Source of the DNA: an uncultured beta proteobacterium
Lineage (GTDB): Bacteria > Pseudomonadota > Gammaproteobacteria > Burkholderiales > Burkholderiaceae
Length of the DNA: 54,082 nucleotides
Assembly (NCBI GenBank): GCA_903843235.1
Contig: CAIMOW010000045.1
Coordinates: 1 to 54,082 of the forward strand
Direction of reading: 5' to 3'
The position numbers and the translations under genes are program-made. Under the pieces are notes generated by a model, which was given only the letters and a program-made list of their open reading frames with translations, was not told where the DNA came from and searched no databases. Positions 1-8,465 of this stretch are shown here, piece after piece (the first letter of the stretch is position 1; each line of letters begins with the position of its first letter).

Positions 1-219
1 GGTTTCTTTGTACTCTTGATACACGTTGTCACGCATTTCATGACAGGTAGTACAGAAAGCCAAAGTATTGGTTGCTTCCAATCCTGTATTAAATGCACCC
101 CAGAACAAAATACCCGAAATAAAAGCAACGGAGAAAATGGCAAGGATTGAATACTTGGCGCTAGGCTTCTTGACGAAGGCCCAAAACCGCTTCAATGCAC
201 CAGGTTGTTTATTTACCAT
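1..219 (-). CDS. NapC/NirT family membrane-anchored cytochrome c (CymA/ImoA-like), 5' part only, runs off the window
   Basis: Not in the ORF track. Manual translation from ATG at 219: MVNKQPGALKRFWAFVKKPSAKYSILAIFSVAFISGILFWGAFNTGLEATNTLAFCTTCHEMRDNVYQEYKET. One TM helix, the NapC signature FWGxFNTxxEATNTxxFCxxCHEM, first CxxCH. Confidence 0.93.
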   Translation of the reverse strand, partial: MVNKQPGALKRFWAFVKKPSAKYSILAIFSVAFISGILFWGAFNTGLEATNTLAFCTTCHEMRDNVYQEYKET

Positions 220-258
220 ATTTAATCCGTTCTTTTATTTAAAATCATTCCGAAAATA

Positions 259-2670
259 TCAATCAAAGCTATATGTGTAGCCAACAGTAATGACATTAAC
301 GTTATAACTACCTGAATTTTGATTCGTTGGCATCACGCTAGTTGGGTTCGTGTTGTATTGCAAACCGTTATAGTACGGGTCAGTACTGACTAAACGTTGA
401 TAGAGATATTGCACTCCAATCTTAGAACTTTTATCAACCTTATAGACCGCACCAAGCCTGATTGCAGCCAAATCATTACGAACAGCAGGAGGTGCACCAA
501 ATCCCCCAGTATTGGCGGCTGAACTATAAAGTGATGTTCCAGCTCCAACAAAAGAATAGCTACCTGGAGTGGTGTTATAAAAAGTTTGCCCTAAAGAGTA
601 GGTTAGATCCCCACTGAGATTCAACTTACCAGACATCAAGCCGCCATGTTTAAGTGCTAATCCAAAGGTAGTGTCATGATTTTGTAAACTATTATTCCAA
701 GTTCCCGATGTTATAGAATAGTTTGCAGTTTGTGGGGGGGGATAAACACCACTAGCACTATAGATATAACTTGATAAATTTCTTTGACTATTTTGCTGAA
801 CTGCATAAGCAGTAAGAGAGCCCTCTTCGGCGTACTGATAAGCGCTATCTAAACTGAGATTCCATGCTGTACCATTTTGTACACCATAAGTTGAATCTGG
901 GTAAGTGGCATAAGTATATTTTCCACTCAAACCAAAAGAAAGATCATCGGTAGCGCGCCAATTTGCCCGCCCTTTGACTGCTTGTTGATTTCTAGATGCC
1001 TCAAAAAATGGCTGAAATCCAACATAATCTCCACCATTTTGGCCTGGATACATCGTTCTAACGCCGATCGGCAAACCATAAGCATTATTTACGTTGATGT
1101 TATTTGACGCAGAAACATCCATGGCCGAAATCGCATCTTGATTCGTCGTAGTTTTGCGAATGTCATAAATATAGTTCAACTTAACATCGACTGTGTCACT
1201 TGCTTTTAATTTATAACCGGCATTGAGAACATTTGAGCGGCTATAGTTTGCGGTAACACAATCAGCACCGGCTGGATAGGTATATGGGATATTAGGTCCT
1301 GCGGTGGGTGCAGCTCCATTAGTAAGCTGGTAAGTGCCTGTTGCATACTGGTTACACCAACGAGCGGTTTGAAGATTGGTGTAGTTCAAGCTGGCTTTTT
1401 GATCCCTAGTGATCTTATATTCACCGCCTAAATCAATCTGGGAGTTCCGAAAACTTAAAGGAGTACTTGGACTGTATGGCGCACTAGACCCATTAGTAGC
1501 TGCAGCAATCTGATTAAAACTATACAAATTAGATTGACTTAAATTATTACGTTCATCAAATTTATAGGAGGCCAAAAGGCTTAAATCTTTAACAGATTTA
1601 TCCGTTACTTTTAAATCAACATGGGATGTATTAACCAACCCATTAAATGCTGAAGTAGGGAAAACACCCGTCATCATGTAAGGGTCATAGCCTGTCGCAG
1701 AGTTTTGCGTATTTCTACCAAAAGATAGATTTCCAGCCAACTTAGTAACATTTGAGAAATCGTAACCACCCCCCAGATTAAGCTGCTGAAGCTGATTACT
1801 AGGCGCAGTACTCATCGTTTGCGTCGGCATTGTTCCAACCCAAGTCTGAAAATTTACCCCCTGATATGCATCTCTGAAGAATGATCCAAAATATGATCCT
1901 GATAAACGCGCTTTTTCACCCTGCCAATTCAGCGCTGCACTAACAGTATCCGTTTGATAGTTGGTAGGATTTGGCAGAATAGAGACTTTTTCGCCTGATC
2001 CTGCGCCACCTAAAGCAGCAGAAGCAAAACCCATTAACTTAGCACCAGTCTGATCAAGGTGATTGAAATCAAATGTTACATTTAAGTTCGAGTCAATTAT
2101 TTTCTGAGCATTAAATGATGAATTCTTTCTAGTCGAAGAGACATCTACTGCATTCGATGTTAACGCGTTGAGCTGCGTTGCATTTAACGTAGTGGTATTG
2201 CTAACAGTCCCAAAGTTGCTTGGCAATCTAAATTGATTTCCACCCATGCTACCTATATAAGGCGTCTGGTAATTAGATGTTGTATTGTGCTGTAGCTCAT
2301 CATATCCGACGCCCGCACTCCAATTACCTTGATCGCTATAGCCAACACTTGCAGAACGATCACTTAAACCAAGATCCGTTCCTTGAATTGACCAGCGCTG
2401 GGTTCCACCATTTGCGTTGTCTTTATAAGCATCACCGCCACGGATGTTTAAATTTCCATTAGCATAACCACCCTGCTTATTGAGGCCGTTGTATTCACCG
2501 AATTTTTGCGATCCAGTGGACACATTAATTACCTCAACCTCAACGCTGCTGGTTGGATTCATCAATGCCGCCGCCTCTTCATCATCAGCATAGACATACA
2601 TGGAACTAAAAATCCCAACCATCGCAAGACTTAAGATGCTCAGTTTTAAATTTGGGTTACGAACCTTCAT
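259..2670 (-). CDS. mtoB: MtrB/PioB/MtoB family decaheme-associated outer membrane beta-barrel porin
   Basis: ~800 aa, signal peptide, KFGEYNGL N-terminal motif, amphipathic beta strands, C-terminal YTYSFD; directly after the decaheme gene. ATG 2670 chosen because GGAG lies at 2677-2680. Confidence 0.93.
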   Translation of the reverse strand: MKVRNPNLKLSILSLAMVGIFSSMYVYADDEEAAALMNPTSSVEVEVINVSTGSQKFGEYNGLNKQGGYANGNLNIRGGDAYKDNANGGTQRWSIQGTDLGLSDRSASVGYSDQGNWSAGVGYDELQHNTTSNYQTPYIGSMGGNQFRLPSNFGTVSNTTTLNATQLNALTSNAVDVSSTRKNSSFNAQKIIDSNLNVTFDFNHLDQTGAKLMGFASAALGGAGSGEKVSILPNPTNYQTDTVSAALNWQGEKARLSGSYFGSFFRDAYQGVNFQTWVGTMPTQTMSTAPSNQLQQLNLGGGYDFSNVTKLAGNLSFGRNTQNSATGYDPYMMTGVFPTSAFNGLVNTSHVDLKVTDKSVKDLSLLASYKFDERNNLSQSNLYSFNQIAAATNGSSAPYSPSTPLSFRNSQIDLGGEYKITRDQKASLNYTNLQTARWCNQYATGTYQLTNGAAPTAGPNIPYTYPAGADCVTANYSRSNVLNAGYKLKASDTVDVKLNYIYDIRKTTTNQDAISAMDVSASNNINVNNAYGLPIGVRTMYPGQNGGDYVGFQPFFEASRNQQAVKGRANWRATDDLSFGLSGKYTYATYPDSTYGVQNGTAWNLSLDSAYQYAEEGSLTAYAVQQNSQRNLSSYIYSASGVYPPPQTANYSITSGTWNNSLQNHDTTFGLALKHGGLMSGKLNLSGDLTYSLGQTFYNTTPGSYSFVGAGTSLYSSAANTGGFGAPPAVRNDLAAIRLGAVYKVDKSSKIGVQYLYQRLVSTDPYYNGLQYNTNPTSVMPTNQNSGSYNVNVITVGYTYSFD

Positions 2671-2704
2671 AACATTCTCCAATTTCTTAAATTTTCTTGA
2701 TCAA

Positions 2705-3703
2705 TTAGCGTTGGAATAATCCACCGGCAGGACTATTAGATCCATGAACCATCACGTGACAGTTCAAGCATGCTCGGCCAGTAGCTTGATTGTTTGCTGT
2801 TAATGCTGCGCCATTAGCAAGATTCTTACTGATTGATTGAACGCCACCCATATTCGATCCCATTGGTGTCTTGCTTCCATGGGGACCGTCATGACAATCA
2901 TCACAGAGTAATGGTGGGCGATCTTTTAATAATGGGGTGATATTTGAACCGTGAGGAGTATGGCAGTTTGCGCAGTTCTCAACCACTGGCTGATGCTCGA
3001 AACGCAATGGGCCGCGTTTTTCAGCATGGCAAAGATAGCATGTTTCGTTCAGAGTATTTTTCTTAAGCATGGATGGACCACTTGAACCATGCGGATTATG
3101 ACAATCCGAGCAGACCACTTTCTTCACATCAATTGGATGTGTTGAATTCTTTTTAGTATCAGCCTGAACATCTCTATGGCAAGTAAAGCAAACTTGCGTT
3201 TGTGTTTGTTTGCTTAGAACGGGGTCAGCTGGCTTATGTACTTTATGACAATCATTACAAACCACATCATTTACTGGGTGAGTGCTGCCAGCCCAGTTAT
3301 TGCGTTTAGTTCCTTTATGGCATGTCAAGCACTGATCAGCGCGCTGATCTTCACTAGACTTCTCATAAACACCTTTTTTGAACACTATATCTGGTGCTGG
3401 GCGTCCCTTACCTGTTTTGTCACCAGCTAAGTGACTATCACTTTGGCCATGGCAAGATGTACAGCTTGGTGTACGAGCATCGCCCTTTACACCATGCTTG
3501 GTCTGATAAATAGACAAGATCGGAGCATTTTCACTCTCATCATGGCACTTGGTACATTTAGCATCTTCTTTAAATGCGGCTTTTGCTACATCTGCCTTGG
3601 ACTTACCTAAATCAGGTAAGTTGCTCTGTGCAAATGCAACAGGCGCCAAACCAATGGCACCCATTACCGCGCTAATTACTAGAAGTTTTTTGAAGATCTT
3701 CAT
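2705..3703 (-). CDS. mtoA: DmsE/MtrA/MtoA family periplasmic decaheme cytochrome c
   Basis: Signal peptide and ten CxxCH motifs (CTKCH, CTSCH, CLTCH, CNDCH, CFTCH, CSDCH, CYLCH, CANCH, CDDCH, CLNCH); C-terminal HGSNSPAG typical of the family. Confidence 0.95.
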   Translation of the reverse strand: MKIFKKLLVISAVMGAIGLAPVAFAQSNLPDLGKSKADVAKAAFKEDAKCTKCHDESENAPILSIYQTKHGVKGDARTPSCTSCHGQSDSHLAGDKTGKGRPAPDIVFKKGVYEKSSEDQRADQCLTCHKGTKRNNWAGSTHPVNDVVCNDCHKVHKPADPVLSKQTQTQVCFTCHRDVQADTKKNSTHPIDVKKVVCSDCHNPHGSSGPSMLKKNTLNETCYLCHAEKRGPLRFEHQPVVENCANCHTPHGSNITPLLKDRPPLLCDDCHDGPHGSKTPMGSNMGGVQSISKNLANGAALTANNQATGRACLNCHVMVHGSNSPAGGLFQR

Positions 3704-3760
3704 TTGTTTTCCTCGTGCTTACGATTTCGAGTTTGTATTTACTTATTTGTTACTAGATTC

Positions 3761-4117
3761 TTACTGAGCCAAAATCCACTGAACCAAATTCTTGACTTGC
3801 TCTGGATCTTTTGGTGGGGATGTTTTGACAACTTTGTGTTCTTCCTCATGGCCATCTGGGAATTTTGCTTTTTCACCTGAGGTGAGGTGGTTAATTAATT
3901 TAGCTTCTGCGCCTGGTTTACCTTTGTACTTCTCGGCAACGCTGTGATACGAAGGGCCATCTTTATCCTTATCCACTGCATGGCATTTAAAGCAATTATT
4001 TTGCTTAGCCAGTGCTTTTGCGGCATCGGCATCTGGTGCGGCGTGCGCGAATGATGTGAATGCCAAAGTTGCAGCAGCGATTGCTAGAGCTTGTAGGATT
4101 TGTTTAGCTTGTGTCAT
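3761..4117 (-). CDS. mtoD: Periplasmic monoheme cytochrome c, MtoD-like
   Basis: Signal peptide ending AHA, one CFKCH, no Met in the mature chain, GEKAKFPDGHEEEH segment that I recall from MtoD (bis-His ligation); located before mtoA. Confidence 0.85.
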   Translation of the reverse strand: MTQAKQILQALAIAAATLAFTSFAHAAPDADAAKALAKQNNCFKCHAVDKDKDGPSYHSVAEKYKGKPGAEAKLINHLTSGEKAKFPDGHEEEHKVVKTSPPKDPEQVKNLVQWILAQ

Positions 4118-4225
4118 TTAATTCTCCTTTAGTTCTGACCTGGGAATACCCAAGACGTAATAACTTAAGAAGGATTTTATTTTTTGACCGGCCCTATAGA
4201 TATAGGATTGCTAAGGTAAATAAGT

Positions 4226-4262
4226 ATAGGAATATTCCTATGGTAGATAGGAATATTCTGTT
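4226..4262. promoter_or_regulatory. Tandem operator upstream of mtoD, probable site for the NarL/LuxR-type regulator
   Basis: Perfect palindrome ATAGGAATATTCCTAT at 4226-4241 and a second copy ATAGGAATATTC starting 21 bp later at 4247. Confidence 0.65.
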
Positions 4263-4909
4263 TATTTGTCCAAATCCAGCAATTTATGCTCGATAGCGTA
4301 GCGAATTAGGTCTGCTTGACTCGATAAACCCAGCTTAGAAAGAATGTGGGTTTTATGGGTGCTAATGGTCTTAATACTGAGCGAGAACTCATCAGCAATA
4401 TCAGTCAGGCTAATTCCCTTAACAATTCGGACCAGAACCTCATGCTCTCGATTCGAAAGCTTACTGTGTGCATGGGTGTGCGCTGCCCCAGGAGAGGCAT
4501 CAGCGGCGAGTAATTCAGCGACTTTAGGGCTAATAAACATGCCGCCAGCAGCCACTCGGCGTATGGCAGGCAAGAAGTTATCGCTATTCTCTTCTTTGGA
4601 TAGATAACCAGAGGCGCCAGCCCGGATAGCTCGAACCGCATACTGCTCTTCTGGATGCATACTGAAAATCAATATCGGTAACTTAGGGCGCTCTGCTTTA
4701 ATGAGTTTGATGAGCTCAATACCACTTCTGCCAGGCATTGATAGATCAAGGATAGCCATGCTCCAATCCCGCTCACGCACCTTCTCTAAGGCTTGGTTGC
4801 CGTTGGCAGCCTCACCAGCGACCACTAAATCATCCGTATCGGCCAATATCTTGCGCAGTCCATCACGAATGATGGCGTGGTCATCAGCAACTAATACTTC
4901 GTACTTCAT
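4262..4909 (-). CDS. NarL/FixJ family response regulator (REC + LuxR HTH)
   Basis: VADDH acidic pocket, LDLSMPG phosphoacceptor, LSNREHEVL...SIKTISTHK LuxR HTH. Confidence 0.95.
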   Translation of the reverse strand: MKYEVLVADDHAIIRDGLRKILADTDDLVVAGEAANGNQALEKVRERDWSMAILDLSMPGRSGIELIKLIKAERPKLPILIFSMHPEEQYAVRAIRAGASGYLSKEENSDNFLPAIRRVAAGGMFISPKVAELLAADASPGAAHTHAHSKLSNREHEVLVRIVKGISLTDIADEFSLSIKTISTHKTHILSKLGLSSQADLIRYAIEHKLLDLDK

Positions 4910-6936
4910 GCATTGGCCTCAGTAAAGATAGGTGAATCAAGTGCAAATTCCACCCGAATAGTAACGCCCTTCAGTTTACTGTTGCTAATAGTAAATTTTG
5001 CCCCGAGGGCATTTGCCCTCTCCCGCATGCTTACCAATCCAAATCCTCCAGACTGCAGTTCAGGCGGCAAGCCTACACCGTCATCAGAAATGAGAAGTAC
5101 TAAATGGTCGCCGTCTTTGTCTAAAGAAATACTCACGATAGTTGCTTCAGCATGTCGTGCAATATTGGTCAATGACTCTTGAACAATTCTGAACAGTGCA
5201 GTTGCTAAGTCTGTATTGCTGACACAAACCTCTTCTTTAAGATCTAAATTGACTGGAATATGAGTGCGTTTAGTAAATTCACCAACCAGCCACTTAACCG
5301 CCTCTTCAAACCCTAAGTCATCCAAAATTATGGGGCGCAGTTCAGTAGAGATGCGACGAACGGATGCAATAGCGCCATCCAATTGCTGTTTCATTTCATT
5401 GATGCGATCGACTGGGGGTATATGCCCGTCTTTTACGCGAGTACTTAACCATGACAATTCCAGTTTGAGCCCAGTTAATTGCTGACCCAAATCATCGTGC
5501 AACTCCCTAGCAATTCTGGTTCTTTCTTGTTCGCGAATATTTTCTAAAGCCTTTGACAATCCGCGTAGTTGAAGATTCATTTCACGCAACTCAGTCTCAG
5601 CCTGGCGTCTTTCAGTCACATCTCGGAGTACCGCAGTCAACTGCTTTTTACCATTGATCACTGTCTGAGATATAGTGGACTCGATGGGAAACTCAGTGCC
5701 GTCAGAGCGCATTCCAACGATACTAAGTTGCGGCCCCATGGTTCGTGATCTGCTATCTGTTTTTTTAAATTTCTGCACATGCGAATGATGGGCATCGCGA
5801 AAGCGTTCAGGCAATAGCACCAGCAAAGACTCGCCAATGACTTCTTCAGCTTTAAGGTCAAACATGCGCTCAGCAGATGGATTGAATAAAATAATAATTT
5901 GGTGGTCATCTACAGCAATGATGGCATCCATCACCGATTCAATCGTATGTTGATAGCGATTATGTGCAGCGCCTAATTGGTCAGCCAATTTCTGTTGACG
6001 TACTGCTTCGCGAATCAATAGACCAGCAGCGGCGATAATAAAAAGGCTGACTAATATTGCGCTCATCACAATCGGAATGGCTGTCTCACGCCAAGAAGCT
6101 AGCGCCTCTTCCTCATCATTCGTTACCGAAATAAACAGTGGGAACTTGGGAACAGCGCCTAAGGCAAATAACTCAGCATCTCCATTGCTCTTTTTATGGC
6201 TGGAGAATTGAATCTTTCCTGATTCAATGATTGGTAGATCTTCCCCTAATTCAGGAGCCCTCTCGCCCATTAGATTTTCTCGATGGGGAAAGCTCGCCAA
6301 TAAAACTCCATCATCACGATAAAGGGAAACTGGTCGAGGGTAATCTAGCTTCAGTAATTGATAGATGTCCTCAAAATGAGCAATATCAATTGCACCAACT
6401 ACTACTCCCTTAAACCTCCCATCCTGATCTTGAATTTTTCTAGCAAGATACAAAGTCCATTCTTTTTTCTGCGCATCACGAAATGGCTTGCCGATAAAAA
6501 GGCCGCCATCTTTTTTATTCACAAATGCTTTAAAGTACTCTTGATTGACTGCAGATATCTTTTTACTAGGAAATTCAACTGAAGAATTGACCAAGCTCCC
6601 ATTCGGATCAATCAGAAATAACGCATCAAGCTGGCGCATTCCTAATACACGCGTACCCAACAGTAAGTGAACCTCGAGACTGTCTAGAGGAAACTGAACG
6701 CCAAATGCAGTATTCAATCGATCCTGTACACCCCTCAAGACAAGATCGGCACTCTCAAAACTACGCTCTGTCTGCTCTACGAAGATCTTGGTCACCCCAA
6801 TCGTCTCCATTCGGGTATGGGCCAACTCTCGTTTACGCAAGTCCCATAACAATAGACTCGTAGACAGAGCTACGATAACAATGGTGATGGTGGCAAAAAA
6901 GCCGATGGGATAGGCTGGTCGCCCATGAAAATTCAT
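4906..6936 (-). CDS. Membrane sensor histidine kinase (Cache-like periplasmic domain, PAS, HisKA_3, HATPase)
   Basis: Two TM helices flanking a periplasmic domain, PAS (FNPSAERMF...DGTEFP...RDVTER), ERTRIARELHDDLGQQL H-box, QESLTNIARH, DDGVG, GFGL; ATGA overlap with the regulator. Confidence 0.93.
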   Translation of the reverse strand: MNFHGRPAYPIGFFATITIVIVALSTSLLLWDLRKRELAHTRMETIGVTKIFVEQTERSFESADLVLRGVQDRLNTAFGVQFPLDSLEVHLLLGTRVLGMRQLDALFLIDPNGSLVNSSVEFPSKKISAVNQEYFKAFVNKKDGGLFIGKPFRDAQKKEWTLYLARKIQDQDGRFKGVVVGAIDIAHFEDIYQLLKLDYPRPVSLYRDDGVLLASFPHRENLMGERAPELGEDLPIIESGKIQFSSHKKSNGDAELFALGAVPKFPLFISVTNDEEEALASWRETAIPIVMSAILVSLFIIAAAGLLIREAVRQQKLADQLGAAHNRYQHTIESVMDAIIAVDDHQIIILFNPSAERMFDLKAEEVIGESLLVLLPERFRDAHHSHVQKFKKTDSRSRTMGPQLSIVGMRSDGTEFPIESTISQTVINGKKQLTAVLRDVTERRQAETELREMNLQLRGLSKALENIREQERTRIARELHDDLGQQLTGLKLELSWLSTRVKDGHIPPVDRINEMKQQLDGAIASVRRISTELRPIILDDLGFEEAVKWLVGEFTKRTHIPVNLDLKEEVCVSNTDLATALFRIVQESLTNIARHAEATIVSISLDKDGDHLVLLISDDGVGLPPELQSGGFGLVSMRERANALGAKFTISNSKLKGVTIRVEFALDSPIFTEANA

Positions 6937-6963
6937 GGTTTTATCTTAACCGATTGAAGGGGT

Positions 6964-6977
6964 TTGATCCATATCAA
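6964..6977. promoter_or_regulatory. FNR/CRP-family box
   Basis: TTGATCCATATCAA, a perfect TTGAT-N4-ATCAA, between the kinase and the divergent small gene. Confidence 0.75.
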
Positions 6978-7006
6978 AAAATGGAGGCGTATCTTATTTA
7001 CTAGTC

Positions 7007-7034
7007 TTGCAAGCCTCATCACACTGCCTATACT
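7007..7034 (+). promoter_or_regulatory. Putative sigma70 promoter of the small Cys-rich gene
   Basis: TTGCAA-16 bp-TATACT, then an AGGAG RBS before ATG 7081. Confidence 0.5.
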
Positions 7035-7080
7035 GATCTGAGAGCTGAAGTGCTGGCTTTGAGATAGGAGAGCTTACCAA

Positions 7081-7281
7081 ATGAAAACATTAATGTGCCC
7101 TCGTTTGCATGAGGATGTGCGTGTCGATATCACCCAAGAGAATTGCATTGCATTTCATGAGTGCCTAGACGATGATGCTTGCCCACTGGCTGGTCGCTTC
7201 TCCAAAGATGTGGCTGGCGCTAGAAACAATGAAACCTATAGCTCATCTAATCCAGCCTGCAAGTTTGGTGACATAGCCTAG
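7081..7281 (+). CDS. Small Cys-rich hypothetical protein, possible metal or Fe-S binder
   Basis: 66 aa with RBS and promoter; five Cys plus His (CP...CIAFHEC...CP). Confidence 0.6.
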   Translation: MKTLMCPRLHEDVRVDITQENCIAFHECLDDDACPLAGRFSKDVAGARNNETYSSSNPACKFGDIA

Positions 7282-7299
7282 TTTTTACATTGCTCTGCT

Positions 7300-7866
7300 T
7301 TAAGTTCCTAACCCAATCCCTCTTTTCAGGATATTGGGTAATGCACTGAGTTCGCCCTTTAGCTCGTCTACTTTCTTCTGAATAAACTGATCAACCAACT
7401 TCAGGTTCTTATCTTGTAGCTTTAATAAGGACTTAATTTCTGTTTTGGTGAAAGGTGCTTGCTTAAGACGCTCCTCCACCACAAAGCTTGGCACAGAGAA
7501 AAACCGATGACTGCCCTCTGCCTGCGCTAGCTTACGGTAGGAAAGGGCTAAATTTTGTAGCTCACTCTTTTTGATGGCGCCCGATACGCATCCCAAGTAA
7601 GCACCGCCGAACTGCTGGATAAGCACTGCATCAGATTCCAACTCTATCGGTAACACCACTAGCAGCGCTGGTTTATCAAACTGATGAATCCAGCAGTACT
7701 TTAATAGCTCAATCAGATTAAAACTCTTGATGGGCTTTCTGGAGCAGAACGAGTTATCGCAAAAATAACTGGGGATGGGCTGCTCTGACAAACCATAAAT
7801 GGAGAGCAAGGTCATCTCAAGAGTGCGCTTGCGATCATCTAAAGCCGGTTCAAAAAAGAGGTACAT
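7300..7866 (-). CDS. Hypothetical protein
   Basis: 188-aa ORF, GGAG RBS, FNR-like box upstream; no family recognised. Confidence 0.6.
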   Translation of the reverse strand: MYLFFEPALDDRKRTLEMTLLSIYGLSEQPIPSYFCDNSFCSRKPIKSFNLIELLKYCWIHQFDKPALLVVLPIELESDAVLIQQFGGAYLGCVSGAIKKSELQNLALSYRKLAQAEGSHRFFSVPSFVVEERLKQAPFTKTEIKSLLKLQDKNLKLVDQFIQKKVDELKGELSALPNILKRGIGLGT

Positions 7867-7916
7867 TCAGACTCCTACTAGTCTTGAAAAATGTACTCTC
7901 TATATCTTGCTAGATA

Positions 7917-7930
7917 TTGATATAGCTCAA
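7917..7930. promoter_or_regulatory. FNR-like box (one mismatch)
   Basis: TTGATATAGCTCAA, about 50 bp upstream of the 7866 start. Confidence 0.55.
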
Positions 7931-7957
7931 ACTTATTGCGGATAGTTAGCTATTGAG

Positions 7958-8413
7958 CTATTTAGAGCTCACTGAAGCATCTTCTATGATGACTTCATAG
8001 GCATAACCGTGACCAAAGTCTTTGTCGGTACGCACAACACCCTTCACAGTCACCACGGAGCCTACCTTAGCCTGATCCTTAGTGGTGAGTACTAAGTCAT
8101 TATTCTTGGCGGTAGCCGTACCAGATCCATCGCGTAAATGGATCCAATTCTTACTCATAATCTCTGGGCTAAATTTAACTACCTTGCCCCGCACCACCAC
8201 CGGCTTGTCCTTTAGATTTTTTGACTGGTCAATAACCTCGGCAACCGTATAGGCATTTTGGCCAACGGCCTTAGTCACATTGACATCGCCTATCTCGGCA
8301 GCGCTAGCCACCGCACCATGTGGCGAACTACCGTGGGGGTTCACCATGGGAGCATCGGCAGCATAAGCCAATGAAGTTAAGCCAAGCAATCCAGCAAGTA
8401 GAAGTGTTTTCAT
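7958..8413 (-). CDS. Exported OB-fold protein, NrfJ-like
   Basis: Signal peptide (AYA), NPHG..PHG linker, VRGKVVK...IMSKNWIHLRDGSG...DKDFGHGY motifs resembling NrfJ-related proteins. Confidence 0.65.
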   Translation of the reverse strand: MKTLLLAGLLGLTSLAYAADAPMVNPHGSSPHGAVASAAEIGDVNVTKAVGQNAYTVAEVIDQSKNLKDKPVVVRGKVVKFSPEIMSKNWIHLRDGSGTATAKNNDLVLTTKDQAKVGSVVTVKGVVRTDKDFGHGYAYEVIIEDASVSSK

Positions 8414-8465
8414 AATATTGATCGTTAAAGGTTTATTAAAAGTTCAGTAGTCATATTAACCATAC

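Noticed and set aside
68-280. Plus-strand 70-aa ORF in the track
   Set aside because: Antisense shadow of the NapC/NirT gene and the mtoB end.
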